From Schmidtea nova (taxonomy: Eukaryota): a stretch of DNA of 64,000 nucleotides. A model generated the notes under the pieces. The model searched no databases, was not told the origin of the DNA, and saw only the letters and a program-made list of their open reading frames with translations. A program made the position numbers and the translations under genes. The stretch lies in the NCBI GenBank assembly GCA_044892505.1, contig CM097884.1, positions 160,766,001 to 160,830,000 on the forward strand, written 5' to 3'. This document shows, piece by piece, positions 62,058-64,000 of the stretch; within the stretch, counting starts at the first letter, position 1, and each line of letters opens with the position of its first letter.

Positions 62058-62361
62058 ATGATATATGTTTCCAATCTCTAGTTAAAGGTTTTCGAATTTC
62101 GAAATTTACTTTTCCTCGACAAAATCAAACAACGCATGGCAAATGTTTGCCATTTTCAATCAAATGACAATCTCTTTCACAAATCTCATAGAATTTTGAT
62201 TTTGTAAAATTATTAATAATTTTTTTTCAAATATTGGTAACGACCTTGGAACGTTTATATTAATCCAATTTGTTGAATTTGATTTTGAGTAGAGCAAATT
62301 AGTTTCGACAAATTTACAACGTTTACAATCTTATCATGATGATAAGAAAGTGAAAAAAATA

Positions 62362-62433
62362 TTCCCTGACCGGGAGTCGAACCCGGGCCACCTGGGTGAG
62401 AGCCAGGAATCCTAACCGCTAGACCATCAGGGA
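62362..62433 (-). tRNA. tRNA-Glu(CTC)
   Basis: Consensus copy. Confidence 0.96.
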
Positions 62434-62737
62434 TCGATATATGTTTCCAATCTCTAGTTAAAGGTTTTCGAATTTCGAAATTTACTTTTCCTCGACAAAA
62501 TCAAACAACGCATGGCAAATGTTTGCCATTTTCAATCAAATGACAATCTCTTTCACAAATCTCATAGAATTTTGATTTTGTAAAATTATTAATAATTTTT
62601 TTTCAAATAATGGTAACGACCTTGGAACGTTTATATTAATCCAATTTGTTGAATTTGATTTTGAGTAGAGCAAATTAGTTTCGACAAATTTACAACGTTT
62701 ACAATCTTATCATGATGATAAGAAAGTGAAAAAAATA

Positions 62738-62809
62738 TTCCCTGACCGGGAGTCGAACCCGGGCCACCTGGGTGAGAGCCAGGAATCCTAACCGCTAGAC
62801 CATCAGGGA
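62738..62809 (-). tRNA. tRNA-Glu(CTC)
   Basis: Consensus copy. Confidence 0.96.
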
Positions 62810-63113
62810 TCGATATATGTTTCCAATCTCTAGTTAAAGGTTTTCGAATTTCGAAATTTACTTTTCCTCGACAAAATCAAACAACGCATGGCAAATGTTT
62901 GCCATTTTCAATCAAATGACAATCTCTTTCACAAATCTCATAGAATTTTGATTTTGTAAAATTATTAATAATTTTTTTTCAAATATTGGTAACGACCTTG
63001 GAACGTTTATATTAATCCAATTTGTTGAATTTGATTTTGAGTAGAGCAAATTAGTTTCGACAAATTTACAACGTTTACAATCTTATCATGATGATAAGAA
63101 AGTGAAAAAAATA

Positions 63114-63185
63114 TTCCCTGACCGGGAGTCGAACCCGGGCCACCTGGGTGAGAGCCAGGAATCCTAACCGCTAGACCATCAGGGA
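63114..63185 (-). tRNA. tRNA-Glu(CTC)
   Basis: Consensus copy. Confidence 0.96.
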
Positions 63186-63489
63186 TCGATATATGTTTCC
63201 AATCTCTAGTTAAAGGTTTTCGAATTTCGAAATTTACTTTTCCTCGACAAAATCAAACAACGCATGGCAAATGTTTGCCATTTTCAATCAAATGACAATC
63301 TCTTTCACAAATCTCATAGAATTTTGATTTTGTAAAATTATTAATAATTTTTTTTCAAATAATGGTAACGACCTTGGAACGTTTATATTAATCCAATTTG
63401 TTGAATTTGATTTTGAGTAGAGCAAATTAGTTTCGACAAATTTACAACGTTTACAATCTTATCATGATGATAAGAAAGTGAAAAAAATA

Positions 63490-63561
63490 TTCCCTGACCG
63501 GGAGTCGAACCCGGGCCACCTGGGTGAGAGCCAGGAATCCTAACCGCTAGACCATCAGGGA
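63490..63561 (-). tRNA. tRNA-Glu(CTC)
   Basis: Consensus copy. Confidence 0.96.
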
Positions 63562-63865
63562 TCGATATATGTTTCCAATCTCTAGTTAAAGGTTTTCGAA
63601 TTTCGAAATTTACTTTTCCTCGACAAAATCAAACAACGCATGGCAAATGTTTGCCATTTTCAATCAAATGACAATCTATTTCACAAATCTCATAGAATTT
63701 TGATTTTGTAAAATTATTAATAATTTTTTTTCAAATAATGGTAACGACCTTGGAACGTTTATATTAATCCAATTTGTTGAATTTGATTTTGAGTAGAGCA
63801 AATTAGTTTCGACAAATTTACAACGTTTACAATCTTATCATGATGATAAGAAAGTGAAAAAAATA

Positions 63866-63937
63866 TTCCCTGACCGGGAGTCGAACCCGGGCCACCTGGG
63901 TGAGAGCCAGGAATCCTAACCGCTAGACCATCAGGGA
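63866..63937 (-). tRNA. tRNA-Glu(CTC)
   Basis: Consensus copy. Confidence 0.96.
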
Positions 63938-64000
63938 TCGATATATGTTTCCAATCTCTAGTTAAAGGTTTTCGAATTTCGAAATTTACTTTTCCTCGAC

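Larger units (their letters stand above)
57193..64000 (-). repeat. Uninterrupted tandem tRNA-Glu gene array, 376-bp period, 18 genes, continues off window
   Basis: tRNA positions are exactly 376 bp apart from 57474 to 63866. Confidence 0.97.

Noticed and set aside
57193-64000. CRISPR-like or satellite array
   Set aside because: Units are near-identical over the full 376 bp with no unique spacers, and each contains a tRNA gene

Overview
AT-rich eukaryotic DNA made of two components, both on the minus strand. (1) A tandem array of tRNA-Glu(CTC) genes with a 376-bp unit: 30 full-length copies (a few defective) and 6 copies lacking their 5' end; 18 uninterrupted copies run from about 57.2 kb to the window end. 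(2) Seven near-identical copies (six complete, 7943-7960 bp; one cut by the window start) of a site-specific non-LTR retrotransposon of the restriction-like-endonuclease (R2/NeSL/R5-type) group. Each visible 3' end joins the tRNA-Glu gene at exactly nt 20 (D-loop, end of the A box) with no tail. Each 5' end joins the spacer with the same 43-bp target deletion and the same diagnostic SNP. ORF1 (914/919 aa) has an Asn-rich N-terminus and a possible degenerate SGNH-like fold. ORF2 (1526 aa as called) has a Ulp1/SENP-type Cys protease, two probable inactive protease-like repeats, RT (YADD), a CCHC finger and an RLE nuclease. ORF2 is in the same frame as ORF1, separated by one UGA, and has no AUG until residue 55, inside the protease domain; this suggests stop-codon readthrough into a 2443-aa polyprotein. 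SNP patterns suggest part of the element cluster arose by unequal crossing-over. All comparisons were made by eye; no alignments or database searches were run.
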